Positions 1-13,509 of a stretch of DNA of 64,000 bases are shown in pieces; the first letter of the stretch is position 1; each line of letters begins with the position of its first letter. Position numbers and translations under genes: made by a program. This DNA comes from Octopus vulgaris (lineage: Eukaryota). The notes beneath the pieces are model-generated. The model ran no database searches and had not been told where the DNA came from. It saw nothing but the letters and a program-made list of their open reading frames with translations. The stretch spans positions 143,654,001 through 143,718,000 of the forward strand of contig OX597815.1 of NCBI GenBank assembly GCA_951406725.2, written 5' to 3'.

Positions 1-529
1 TTATATATATATATATATATATATACTACATCAACTTGTATGCTGGAAAATATAGTATGTATACACACAATGATTTAATTTTACTCTTAGATTTCTTGTC
101 AACGGAGAATGAGTTGGCTTCCTACTTAGACCTAAGATTCCTTTACTGAAATTTCCAAAACACAAGAAGGGTAATTGAGCATGTAAGTGTGCGTATGGAC
201 ATGTATCTGGAGCCCAGAGTATGTGCAGATCTGTAAGTGTGTATGCATGTATTGGAGGTTAATATTTAATTGAATTATCACTGCACATTTCCATCTCACA
301 ACACTCCCATTGACAATATTGTTGGTGTGAAAACTGGCTGCTCAAATCAAGTTTCTAAGACATGCTGTGAGTGTGTTCAAATGAGAGCAAGGCCAGTAGC
401 AGGGCTGCATGCAGCCAAGGGTGCTATATTATATACATATATATATATATACATATATACATACATATATATATATATGAATATATATATATACATACAC
501 ACGTTCATACATGCCTCACATCTAACACA

Positions 530-1110
530 TACCGACTGACTCCGCGCCATCCTCCACGATGTAAGTCTTTGTGACTGCGCAGAGGAAGGCTCGGTCTGTC
601 ACGGCACGTTACAACAGCTAAGTAAGCAAAACGTAACACGCGGGGGGGGGGTAATGAAAATACATTACAAAGGCAAAGGATGGTGACAGCGGGGGGGGAT
701 GGGGGGGAGAAGTAAGGAAAGGATGTCCAGTAAGGGAGAAGCAGTGGGGAGAGCAAGAGTACTTATTGGTGTAGGAGGGGGGAGCTGTGTTGTCTACAGT
801 TGATGAGAAAGCAAAAGGAGGGGTGTGTGTGAGAGGTGTGTAGCGGGATGGGGAGAGGGGAGGTATGACAGTGGAGGGGGGGGGGGGGGTAGGAATGGAA
901 TAAATGTCAACAACAAAAGCAGCAATAACAGCAACAACAACAACAAAAGCAGTAGCAGCAGCAGTAGCAATAAAACAGCAGGAACAACAATAAAAGCAGC
1001 AGCAGCAGCAGCAAGGACAACAGAAGCAGCAGTAATTAAAGCAACATAACAACAACAATAAGGACAGTAACAATAACAACAACAACAACAACAGCAGTAA
1101 CAACGATAAC
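530..1110. promoter_or_regulatory. Putative promoter/5'UTR island: CpG-retaining core, G-tracts, (CAG/CAA)n repeats
   Basis: CpG cluster at 533-641 in an otherwise CpG-poor region. Long G runs at about 642, 691, 703 and 877. CAA/CAG-rich 905-1105. Confidence 0.35.
533..550 (-). CDS. Candidate alternative first coding micro-exon (MARSQS) of the SAMD5/SASH1-like gene
   Basis: Minus strand reads GGAGG-ATG-GCG-CGG-AGT-CAG-TCG|GTATGT. It has a strong Kozak context (A-3, G+4) and a phase-0 GT donor, the same phase and strand as the SAM exon donor. It lies in a local CpG-rich island (530-640). Confidence 0.45.
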
Positions 1111-1640
1111 TAGGTTCTAAAAAATCTAGAACAGATATTCTTGGCTTCTGATTCTCCTAAGAACATGTATATGAGAGTTCAATTTCAGGCTGGCACTTCC
1201 AAGATTTTTGATATAATTGTAAGGGAGAAAGAGAGGGTAAGAGATTGTGTGTGTGAGAGAGAGAGAGAGAGAAAGGCAGGGCAAGAATATCAGAAGACTT
1301 TTACAGAACAAAGAGAATGAAGTGGGGGGAGGGGGAGCTGGACAAAAGACAAGAGCTAAAGAGATGAGAGATTAGATTATAGTTGCTAAAGGTTGCAGTG
1401 GTGGAAGGGAATGTGTGTGTGTATGTGGGGTGGGGGTATCTGTTAGTGGTATATCTCCCCCCTCCTTCTCTCATTCTTTAATCATGTGCTGGTATTTTAT
1501 AAGACAGTGTTGGTGAGAGCGTGGTGTGATGGGGAGGCCGGCAGCAGCAGCAGCAGGGATGTACTTTTGACCTACTTCTTATTCCAGAAGATGGTGACCC
1601 ACACATGCATACATACAAAAAACACATGTGTGTGTGTGTA

Positions 1641-1683
<43 letters not shown>

Positions 1684-1964
1684 CAACCCATACATGCATA
1701 CATAATTGCCTCTTTGTGTTTTTTTGTTTGTTCTTTTTAGGAGCTACTGTTATTGTTTTTGATGATGAGGATGATGAGGATGAAGGAAGATACAGCTATT
1801 GAAAGGGTGAGTGTTGAAGAATCAGAGAAAATCGCCACTGAATGTGGAAAATAAGCACATTGTATCTCAAGAGTCTATTTTACTACATGTGTGTTGTGTA
1901 GTTTGTCTTGCATGCATGTAGCACATGGACTGCATATCTATGCAATCTAATGATGTTTAGATAG

Positions 1965-2004
<40 letters not shown>

Positions 2005-2984
2005 CATATATATGACTGTGTGTGTATGTGTGTGTGTTTGTGTGGATACAAGTCCCTAAGTAAAACCCCCGAACCCCCCACCCTCCATTATTTTCATTAC
2101 TATTACACATAGGTAATCTTTCTGAAGCCATACCTTTTGTGAAACGTCCTTGATCTCCTGTACAAAACGAAAGTAACAAAACATTAAACAAATTTGAGTT
2201 AATGAAAAACAAAACAAAACATTACAAAAACAAAAATCAAATAACAACTTAATCTCAGTCTAGAAAGTTTATATATATATACACACATATATATATAGAC
2301 ATCAGTTGGTGTTGACATAACATTTATGTAGTATTACTTGTATTCGTTGTTTCATATATCTCATGGGAGATATCTAGAACTGGCTGGCCTGTGGGTATCA
2401 ACAGCATTTGTTGGTTTGTAAAATAAAACAGTTTCTATGAAATACATCAGCAATAAAGTTATAATTTATTCACATTTGTTACATTAATTCTCATCAATAT
2501 ATCAAATGAAGATGTGAAATATTGCTCTGTTAGACAGTAACCCTTTAGCATCTAGATTACTCTGTCAAATGTAATGTTTGCTTTTATCGACATTGTTTTG
2601 AATTAATCCTGCATTTATCTCCTGGCTTTGAGATTTCGATGATGTGGTTGTTTATTTTTGGAATGACATAGTAGGGTGGGTGTGAGAGGCTGTGTCTGAT
2701 CAGTAGGCTGGATATGGCCAGCTTAAATGTTAATGGGTTAAGTAGAAAGGACTGAATAGGTGTAAGTATTAAGTGGTTAATGAAGTAGATGAGGGTTCAA
2801 AGTGCTTTATGGCCTTCATTAACTGTCAGTATCAGTAACGTCATCATCATCATCATCACCACCATTACTTGTTCAATGCCGGTATGGTAAGGATGAAATA
2901 GACTGAGTCAGTATTCTACAACAAGATGCTTTATTGCACTGGTTTTTTTCATGCCAGACTGAAGAAGTTTAAGAAATCCTTTCT

Positions 2985-3191
2985 ACTAGAGACACAAGGC
3001 TTGAAATTTTGCGGGAGGGCACTAATCGATTACATTGACCCCAGTGTTTCACAGGTACTTAATTTATCAACCCTGAAAGGATGAAAGGCAAAATTGACCT
3101 TGGCAGAATTTGAACTCAGAACATAAAGATGAATGAAATGTTGCTAAGCATATTGTCCAGCATGCTAACCATTCTACCAGCTCACTGCCTT
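2985..3191 (-). mobile_element. tRNA-derived SINE, family A (octopus-type)
   Basis: Reverse complement of the GGCGGTGAGCTGGCAGAA...GAGTTCAAATTC...GCCTTTCATCCTTTC...AAGTACC family, which has more than 10 copies in the window. Confidence 0.8.
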
Positions 3192-3884
3192 ATATGAATT
3201 GTAGGATATATTATTATTATTTATGTAGAATATAAATAAGCATCACCACTGCCCAAACAGTGACAATGTGAAGACATACAGACACAAACACACACATGCA
3301 TGAATACAACTCTCTCCACACACACACAACTCTATCTCTCTATACACAATTACACACATGTATATATGATGGGCTTTCTTACTGTTTCCTTCAACCAAAT
3401 TTCATTCACTAATACCCAAAGCTATTCATTATCATGCCCTTGGGCAATAGTCAACCCAAGATTATTATAGAGAGCACATGACCAAGCTTCCATACAGTGG
3501 AACTGAACTCAAAACAACATAGTTGTGAAGCAAACTTCTTAACCACACGCCCAAGTCTGTATGTATGTATGTATGTATGTACATACATGCTATTACCACT
3601 TTAAGGATTGCTCCTTTTGATGAGGGCAGGGGTTCAATATAGCAATCACTACATGCCTTGATCATTTGTCTATCACATCAGTGAAACCCACCATCCTCAG
3701 ATCTTATCTTTCCAATTCTTCCCTAACTCTTCCTTTCCTGTAAGAACCTTCTATTAATACATTCATATATTCTATGGTGTGTCACATAACTGCTTTCAAA
3801 GACAAATTGTCAAATCTACACTATCAATTGTTTCCTTCCAGTTATTAACTCTTTATCTCTCTCTCTCTCTCTCCCCCTCTCTCT

Positions 3885-3929
<45 letters not shown>

Positions 3930-4381
3930 TACACACACACACACACACATACATACATATATATACTGTCCTAAAGCAATGACACTGCAAAAATCCCCAG
4001 ACAGACAGCTGATGAGGGTTTTTTTTTTCTTTATTCCATCTGTTATGTTTCCTTTGTTAATGCCTAATTTAATTTCTTACATCTTTTTTTTTTACACTGA
4101 AGTACAGCCTTCTTTCCTTACATATTGCAATTTTGTTTAAATTACAGTGACCTAACTTGCTCAACCACTCTCGCCTCTTTTTCTCCCTCTCTCTATTCCA
4201 TTGACTCTTTTTTTCACTTTCTTCTTGTGTCCCACCTCTGTTCTCCAACATGCAACCACTTCTCAGTGCTGTTGAAGCTAGTCAGCTTCCTTTCTTTCAT
4301 TCAGCCAGCAAACGTACCAATTTCTCCATCTCTCCATAATTCCTCTCATGCATTCAAAAACTACAGCTCAAACATCTAATC

Positions 4382-4682
4382 CAGTGGTTCTCAACCAGGG
4401 TCCATATAAGATTTTGCGGGGATGGGCATGCAACAACATAGTAAATTGGGGATCCACAATAGTATTTCAAGGGCCCCTGATAAACTTCTGCATTAGATGA
4501 TATATGTACCGGTATGTACTGGAAGAAACAGACGGGCTTCTTTCTCTAACATTTTATATAGTTCAACCTACATGAGTTAATGCGGGAAAAACAAAATAGT
4601 AGTTTTTAAACAGCTGTGAGATCCACCAGAATAAAATTGTAATCAAAGGGGTCCAAAGGTAAAAAATGGTTGAGAACCCCTA
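4382..4682. mobile_element. hAT (Charlie/MER5-like) MITE
   Basis: TIRs CAGTGGTTCTCAACC / GGTTGAGAACCCCTA; exact 8-bp TSD ATCTAATC at 4374-4381 and 4683-4690. Confidence 0.9.
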
Positions 4683-5333
4683 ATCTAATCCTATGTACTA
4701 TTCTTGCAGATGTGCCCATGGTCTTATGTTGCTTTTTGTTTTGCTTCATTTTACTTTAAAAAGAATAATTGGGGGGGTTTTATTTATTTTTTTTTTTTTT
4801 TCTCTAAACTAGTTGGTAATGTTTAACCATATGTTTTTTCAAGTCTTTCTGTTATCTCTGTACCAGAAAAATAATATTTTTATTTTCCAAGTATTTGCTA
4901 TCTTGTCTCCACTGTATCAACCCTTAACAAGCATATCCAATGGTTGTTGGTGCCACAACAGGGGCCAACAATATGTCTAAAGGATCAAAACCATGAAAGT
5001 ACCCAGACAGCCAGCTGATGAATGGTACTTTTCAATTTCTTTATTATGTTTTTACCAGTTGTGCTTAATTTCTTGTACACACATACACACACACACATGT
5101 ATATTATTATTTAAAACAGTTTGATTCCGCTGCGTGCAATTTGAAGTTTCATGGGCTTCTGCTAGAGGCCTGTGAAACTTGGAGCAGAATCACACTTTTT
5201 CACATAATACATATAACTCCTTCTAAATATGTTGCGTACCCATATATGCATGTATATATACATATAGATGTAGATATGTACATATCTGTATGTATATATG
5301 CACATATTTATATATTATTTATACTATTATTAT

Positions 5334-5401
<68 letters not shown>

Positions 5402-5403
<2 letters not shown>

Positions 5404-6303
5404 TCTTTTACTTGTTTCAGTCATTTGACTGCAGCCATGCTGGAGCACTGCCTTGAAGGGTTTTAGTCGAATAAATTGACCTGGAACTTTTTTTTAAACC
5501 TAGTACTTATTCTATTGGTCCTTTTTGCCAAATTGCTAAGTTACGAGGACATAAACACACTAACACCAGTTGTCAAATGGTGATGGGGAACAAACACAGA
5601 CACAAAGACACACACACACATAAAGATATAAACATACATATATGTATATTATTTTAACAAGTTGTGCCTATTTATCACCCTACGAGACACATCTGGTGAA
5701 TGCTCTGGAACCAGTTGTTAAGTGTCCCACCCATGATGGATTGATGCTAGATGTGTTATATATCTCTCTCTATATAAACGGCAGTTTGTCTGTCTGCATG
5801 TCTGTGTGTCTGTTCGGTTGTACCCTCACCCTGACCACAGCTTTCAACCGATTCTGATGAAATTTGACACACACAGCCCAATGTCATAATTCAAAACTAA
5901 CGCAGCGAAAATTTTGAAAAGTTCCCCCAGTTCTGAAAAAACTCGATAAATTCGACATGGGGTCAGGAATCAGAAATACAAACCACAGACTGTCTAGGGG
6001 ACGCAACTCGACCTTTTTAACTCTCAAAAAATAATTTACCATTATTTTTTTTCCATTTTTTTGCTATTTTTTGGCTATAACTCTCTAAAAATGCTGTATA
6101 GTTATTTCCCTTACAAACCCGAGCAACGCCGGGTGATACTGCTAGTATATATATAAAATGGGCTTCTCTTACTTTCCATCTACCAAATCTACTCACAAGG
6201 CTTTGGTTGGCCCGAAGCTATAGTAAATGACACTTAATTGTCCAGGGACTGAACCCAGAACTATGAGGTTGGGAAGCTAACTTCTTACAACACTGCCACA
6301 CCT
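5402..6303 (-). mobile_element. SINE family B (CORE-like), interrupted by a Helitron and other sequence
   Basis: Tail half 5402-5620 and head half about 6158-6303 match the intact copies at 18746, 33473 and 54466. Confidence 0.75.
5763..6145 (+). mobile_element. Non-autonomous Helitron, copy 1
   Basis: 5' TC, 3' hairpin CCCGAGCAACGCCGGG followed by CTAG, inserted between A and T with no TSD. Near-identical to 23461-23845. Confidence 0.85.
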
Positions 6304-7384
6304 ATATATATATGAGTTCAACCCATGCCAGTGGAAAGAGGACATTAAACGATGATGAAATAAGAACATTATAAACTTTTGAAAGACCATGAAATATTTT
6401 TTTTTTTCTCTTTGGGAACCTTGGATCTCAAGACACATCACATACAGCTATAAATAACAGCATGTAAATATTTAGTTGAAAAACTCTTTTGTATGAAGAA
6501 AACGAAAGGCTGCCTGTGGGGCACGAGCCCACATTCTCTCTAGGCATGACAGGTATTCTAATATCAGACAGACTTGTGTGTATGTGTGTGTATCTATACG
6601 TATACAGACACACACATACAGATGCGTAAAAACATAGACTTGTCTATATACAGATATGCCAACATGAAATGATGATGAAGAATTAAGAGAATGATAATAT
6701 TGCATACAGTTTAACAGAAGAGAACATATTTTAGTTCTGACTACTGCGGAGAAGTGGATGAAACCCAACAAATTTGAAGCCATGATCCACAGCTGTTAAA
6801 CCTTCATCGTCTTACTGGTAGATTATTAAAAAAAAGAAGAAGAAAACAAAAAATAAAAAACATTTTTCAGAGCATGGCTAGAAATACTTTCTTATATAGA
6901 ATTAATTTATTCATATGCTGTAATGCATGTGTTACATAATGTGTGTGGTGTGTGTGTTGTGTGTGCGTGCATGCACACACAACACACCTACACATGTAGA
7001 CATATGAGTGTATGAAAACATAATTAATGAGAGCCAGGTTTGTTTACCTATTGTCACATTTCTAAATTATCTATTTTATAAAAAGATAATTATGTGTGTG
7101 TGTGTGCATGTGTGTGTGTGCGTGCATGTGTGTGTGTTTGTATGTGCATGTGAGATGTTTGCATGTGAATGTGTACTTGCACACGTGTGAGTGTGAGTGG
7201 GTGTGCATGTGTGTGTGCGTGTGCCTAATGAGTATATATGTGTTTGTATATAACTATATTTATGTGCATATATCATCTAAGATAGCCAAGTGGAGTGTGA
7301 GTTAAAAAGACAATAAGTGTGTGTAAATATCTCTTGTTTACCTAGTCTATCTTTATAGGTCAGCTGACTAATGGTTCTCTCTCC

Positions 7385-7425
<41 letters not shown>

Positions 7426-10039
7426 ACCAAGTGCACCAATATGGGTCAGCTGGCTTTGTTTTTTCATTTCAACTGTGATATATCTACTCTTCATACTGTC
7501 ATCTGAGTGTTTGTTTAAATATATGTGTGTGTGTGTGTGTGTGTGTATGAGTGTGCACGTATGGTAATGGATGTTTATTCATGTATACACACCTACACAT
7601 ACATGTACACACACATCTATATACACCTGCATATATACACCTACATATATAAACATATAGACATGTATAAAGACACGATACACACATATTGGCTTTTCCT
7701 TTTATCATTTCTTGCTCAGCTAGTGAGTTGTGGCCATGCTGGGGCACCACCATTGACTTTGCGACATTTCAATTATATATATATATATATAGCATTGACT
7801 TTGCTGCATTTCAATTATATATATATATATATATGGATGCATGGAAGATGGACATTAATCAATGGTAATGATATATATATATGAAGTATTCACTCATCAT
7901 GAATAACAAATGAGAGTTTAGTAAAATAAAGCAATAATTATGTCCTATAGACTTGAATGTGTTTCTTGAAACCTGCTGGTGCCTTGCAAACCATTCAGCA
8001 GAGAGAACAAGTTGTGGACTCAGTTTGCTCGAGTCTTGTGTATCATTTACTATACGTTTTCTTGAGTGGACGGCAGGGGCTGCTTTGATTCATGCCACAA
8101 AACCACAACGACAGGTAAGGTTTTCATTTAGAGCACTGTTTTGCCAGTGTGTCTTCATGCTTGTACCAAGTTGATCCTAATATTGGAGTTGACTTCAAAT
8201 TCCACCAAAGACAATTTTGTCTTTCATTCTCTTGGGGTCGATAAAATAAAGTACCAGTTGAACACTGGAGTCTACATAATTGATTTCCACCCAACTCCCA
8301 AGATTACTGGCATTGTGACAAAATGTGAAACCAACACATGGCAGGCTTCTTTCAGCTTCTGTCTACCAAATCCACTCACAAGGCTTTGGTCAGCCCAGGG
8401 CTATTGTAGAAGACACTTGCCCTAGGTGCCACACATTGAGCCTGAACCAAAGACCACATAGATGGAAAAGCAAACCTCAGAACCACACTATGTAAATAGT
8501 CCAAATATCATAACTATTCAGCTGAATTGTGCTGCAACTTTCCACAGCTGTGTAAATAAGCTGGGCCTCATCTGATCATTTATATTTTTCATAAATTAGT
8601 TACTTTTCGTTACTTTCCCTCGCCAACCAGGAGAAAGTAAAAGAAACCTTATGGATGACACTCTAATGAAACTCTATACTAAATCATCCAATCTGTCTCT
8701 GTGTGGTTTAACCACAGTGTCTGTTTTGACAGCGAGGCTAAATATATCTTTATCAAGCATATGTTTATAGCTCTGGTTAAACATTTTATCTCAAATATGC
8801 CCCACCATTAATGAATGTCCTAGTTAATCCAGTGTCCCAGGTTAAATTGTGTTCATGCATGTTGTTCTTTGTCTCTCTTTGAGAGAAAGGGGACTGGGAT
8901 ATTGTGTGTAAGTGTATTTGTAAGAAAGAGAAAGATCAGTATAGTATCAACATCAGAATACCAAAGAAAGGATGACAAAAACTGAGAGCCAACCACATAT
9001 TTCATAATTAGAAATATGTAAAGTGGTGAAGATTGTTAGCATGCTGGACATAATGCTTAGTGGCACGTCTTTCTGGCTCTTTACATTCTGAGTTCAAATT
9101 CCACCAAGGTCTACTTTGCCTTTCATCCTTTCATAATAAAATAAGTACCAGTTGAACACTGGGGTCAATGTAATTGACACATCTTCTCCCTTAAAATGTC
9201 TGGCCTCATGCCAAAATTTGAGAGAATGATTGAAAATAATGAATTTTATAATTATGTTTAAAACAAGGTAGACAACTCTATTAGCGAAACATTTGTTTCT
9301 TTCTTATAATTTTATATCCATTTTCCCCAGTTTGCAAATGGCTTGGCGTCATTTATTTGCTAGACTAATAGGTTCTACTACAGTAGACTCCTTCCTATTG
9401 TTGGCCACTTAACTGTTAAGTAGAGAGTAATGGAATCTCAAAACTAAAAATGGGCTAAAGGAAATAGATCAAGTGGGCTAATGGCATAAATTGAGATAAA
9501 TATATGAAGGGCTGAAAAACAGAATGACATATGCAAAAAAAAAAAAAAAAAAATTCTTCAGTAATTGAAATTTCCCAATTTGTTGGAGAAAGAATACAAA
9601 AACCTAATAACATTCGTTAATGACTCTTGAAGAAATGGGGAGATAATTTCAAGAAATTAGGAATTTAACTCTTACACTAATTTACATGCTTAGGAGAAAG
9701 CCTGATCTTTGTTTGCAAGCAAGGAACAACTGTGGACATGTTTCATCAACTTCATCAACATAGTCTACACAATTCTGTTTAATCAGTTGACAAAGATTTT
9801 TACACAGAGAAAAAAGATTATGAATAATCTGTGGCCAGTACAATTTGTATAATTAAGAAGAAATAAAGTGTGCTAAGAGAAATAACAGAAGTGGATTAAT
9901 GGTATGTATTTGTATGAATTGCTATATTTGATGACTTAAAAAAATTTCTCTAAAAATTACCCTGGGCCCTCTAAGTAAAGTTGGGCCTATATTACACATT
10001 TTACTGCACTGAAACATTTTCTTCCTGTGAAGCGGCAAT

Positions 10040-10350
10040 CTGTCAGTTATGACAATGACTGTTTCAGTTGATTCGATCAACAGAACAAGCAGCTCATGAA
10101 ATTAATGTGCAGGTGGCTGAGCACTCCACAGACAAGTGCACCCTTAAAGTAGTCCTCAGATTCAGTGTGACTCAGAATATGACAAAGCTGGCCCTTTGAA
10201 ATATAGGCACTCCTCATATTTGCCAGCTGAGTGAACTGGAGCAATGTGAAATAAAGTGTCTTGCTTAAGGACACAGCTAGCCACCAGGAATTGAACTCAT
10301 GATTTTACAATCATGGGCTGAATACCCTAACCATTAAGCTATGTGTCTTC
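10040..10350 (-). mobile_element. SINE family C, degenerate copy
   Basis: Shares the GTGGCTGAGCACTCCACAGACA...CCCTT...GGCCCTTTGAAATA body with 24164-24544. Confidence 0.7.
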
Positions 10351-10398
10351 TTGAATATGTGTGGCTGGAATTGGAGTGTGTTTAATATGACCATGCAT

Positions 10399-10779
10399 AA
10401 GGCGGTGAGCTGGCAGAAACGTTACCACGCCGGGCGAAATGCTTAGCGGTATTTCATCTGTCGTTACGTTGTGAGTTCAAATTCCGCTGAAGTCGACTTT
10501 GCCTTTCATCCTTTCGGGGTCGATAAATTAAGTACCAGTTACGCACTGGGATCGATGTAATCAACTTAATACCTATGTCTGTCCTTGTTTGTCCCCTCTA
10601 TGTTTAGCCTCTTGTGGGTAATAAAGAAATAGGCATTTCATCTGATTTACGTTCTGAGTACAAATTCCATCTTTCATCTTTTCAGGGCCGATAAATTAAA
10701 TACCAGTTGCATACTTGGGTCAATCTAATCAACTGGCCCCTCCCACCAAATTTTAGGCCTTGTGCCTAGAGTAGAATAG
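10399..10779 (+). mobile_element. Dimeric SINE family A with TSD
   Basis: tRNA-like head (A/B-box-like TGGCAGAA...GAGTTCAAATTCC), then two body copies. Flanked by a 15-bp TSD AATA(T/C)GACCATGCAT at 10384-10398 and 10780-10794. Confidence 0.85.
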
Positions 10780-11877
10780 AATACGACCATGCATCTTTTA
10801 TGCCATCAAATACAGTTGTTAAGACTTGTTGTACTGATTGACAAATCTGTTTCTCTTCTTGCTGGAGTAGTAATGTTTCAGAAACGTTGACCAACCAACG
10901 TGACAGTATACTGAACTCATTTAACATCAACGACTGAAGTTCACATACATCCTTATTCAGATTCTTATCAATTGAGTCATTACAGAAGGACAGATATTAA
11001 CATATTTCTGAGAAGTCAAGATAATAAAATAATCACGAGAAATATCATCAACAATGAAATATTACACAGCAAAATACACAGACAACTTGCAAGCGTCATT
11101 ACTGAGTTATAATTAAATATAACCTGACACTTAAAAAACAATTATCTGGACCTACCAAAATCTGACACCTACTGAAGTGGTTCTCAGTCTAAGTACTTAA
11201 GTAGTAAAATTTCAACTTAAGCTCTTTCTGCAAAAAAAGCATCCTGTCTCTTTATCCTATATTAGCAATTATTAACAATCAACACCTCATATTGCCCAAC
11301 CTTTATGCTATTCACTCATGCTATTATCTTAGCTTCATTATTTCATTATGTCTGTAACCATCCTGGCTGTTACCACTATTTATTATATGGATCTAACCTA
11401 ACGAAAATGATGATAAAGCACACATGTATGAACTCTAAAATGTGGATATTTATCCATTATTATGATGGTTATTACTCACTTCCTTCAGCAAATACACAGA
11501 AGTAGTTTGTGACTAAAAGAACCTTTGATAAACAAAGAAATTCTGAGTAAAAAAATGTCATGAATCATCTACTGATTCCAATAAATATATATACTTTATA
11601 TCATGGATGGAGTACTTTTTTCTTTTTTTTTTTCATTTGCTAACAAAAACACATATATCCATATCTATATCTGGTTGACTATTTGTATGTCTATCAAACC
11701 AGATGTCGTGGTGTCAGTCTCACTCTCCAATATATATATATATACACATATATATATATAAACAGAGGGAGAGAGAGTGAGAAAGACAGAGATGTGCAAT
11801 ATGTCACTTCACACAGATTTATCTGAAAAAATATCAGAGATTGTAAAGGGGGTAAGAAGTCTTACAGTTACATATTA

Positions 11878-11908
<31 letters not shown>

Positions 11909-13198
11909 CACACACACACACATACATAATCATATACAGCTGTCATATCAACACACACATATACACATTGCCAGTATGTGTCACATGTGTATACACATCT
12001 ATATATAGAAAGTCATGTATGTTTACACATACATTCATACATATGTGCCATAAAGTCACCAGGAGAAACTCATACACACACAGAATCTCTCCTGGTCTTA
12101 TCTTTATAAAACATCTGTTTAGGAGACCTCAATGTTAAGGTGACTCCTTTCTTCCCCACCACTTGCCAAACCCGACTTTAACCTGACCCCCAGGGATAAA
12201 ATAAAAAACACAGCTTTATATTCCATATTTTCAGATAGCATGATAGTTGGGTGCAACAGACCTTGTTGTTGTTTCACCCCAGGCCAACTTTGATTAGGCA
12301 AACCCGGATGGTTAACCAAAGGGTTTGATAGTTTATAAGAACCCAATCTACATAGCTGTAAGTATGTTTCACAGTATGATGTACTTTACTATGCTGTATT
12401 CACAACAAAGACACTTTACTGTCAACAGTCAAGTCAACCAAAAGGTAATTAGATTCCACAGTTTGGTACACTTTACTGGACTGTGTCCATGACTAAGACA
12501 CTTTATTGACAACAGTAGAGTCAACCAAACTGCAAGTAGGCTCCACAGTGTGGTATATTTTACTGCCCTTGTCTGTGACAAAGACATTTTACTGTCAACA
12601 ATCCAGTCTACATAGCTGTATGTAGATAACACAGTGTACTACATATATAAGAAGCTGTCTTGTCATTTCTTCTACTGAGGTCCTTCCATGCTGTTCATAT
12701 CTGTCCTTGCTTCATATAAAGGACTTCCTGAAAGATTCTTGCTGATTCAAGTATTGCAGAAAATTTGTTTATTTTGATCAGCATCGATTATCTAGAAAGT
12801 CACCAATAAAACATAAAAACAATTATGAATAGCATGGAAGGACTTTACACAGAAGATACAAGAGTACTTTTCTTGGAGCCTATGGTGTGGTCCAATAGAG
12901 TAATTAAACCGGTTACGATATCAATAGTGTATAACGGCAAAATAACATGAATACTAGTTAAAACTACTACCATCACCATCATTAGCAATAGCAGTAATAC
13001 TCTTTAATTTATTCCACTCACTCAAAAAGTCCAATCTGGTGAGTGTAGTTTGATGTAATTTTTCTGATGTTTTTATCCACTGGCATCATCATCATTACCA
13101 ACATCATTATCATCTTTTAACATGTTTTTCAAACAGTCATGGGTTGGATGATTTGACAGGATCTGGCAGGCCAAAGGACTGCATCATATGCCAATATA

Positions 13199-13233
<35 letters not shown>

Positions 13234-13455
13234 ATATAATAGATCAGGATCCAAGTAAATCAGGATTGTGATGCAATATTTAAGCTTCACTATGACCTGG
13301 AACTGCATCATCCAATACTATCTCATTACTACACTCATGTTTTCACCTGATGTAAATGGTTTTTTCTAATGATGTAATGTCTCCATTAATCAATTAAAAA
13401 TTTGCTGGTGAGAGATAAATATTATTTATTTAAAAGTCACAATACATATATTAAA

Positions 13456-13509
13456 GCGCTACTAACAATTTCATATGTTGAGGGAACTCAAACATATTCT
13501 TCAGGTGCA
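13456..13509 (-). ncRNA. Candidate minimal type I hammerhead ribozyme (Penelope-like)
   Basis: Minus strand: UGCAC-CUGAAGA-AUAUGUUUGAG-UUCC-CUCAACAUAU-GAAA-UUGU-UA-GUAGCG. CUGANGA/GAAA core, 10-bp stem II with one bulge, bulged stem I, and AATAAA about 25 nt downstream. Confidence 0.5.

Noticed and set aside
9400-9990. A-rich stretch with faint resemblance to a decayed DNA transposase
   Set aside because: Motifs are too eroded, and no TIR or TSD could be established.
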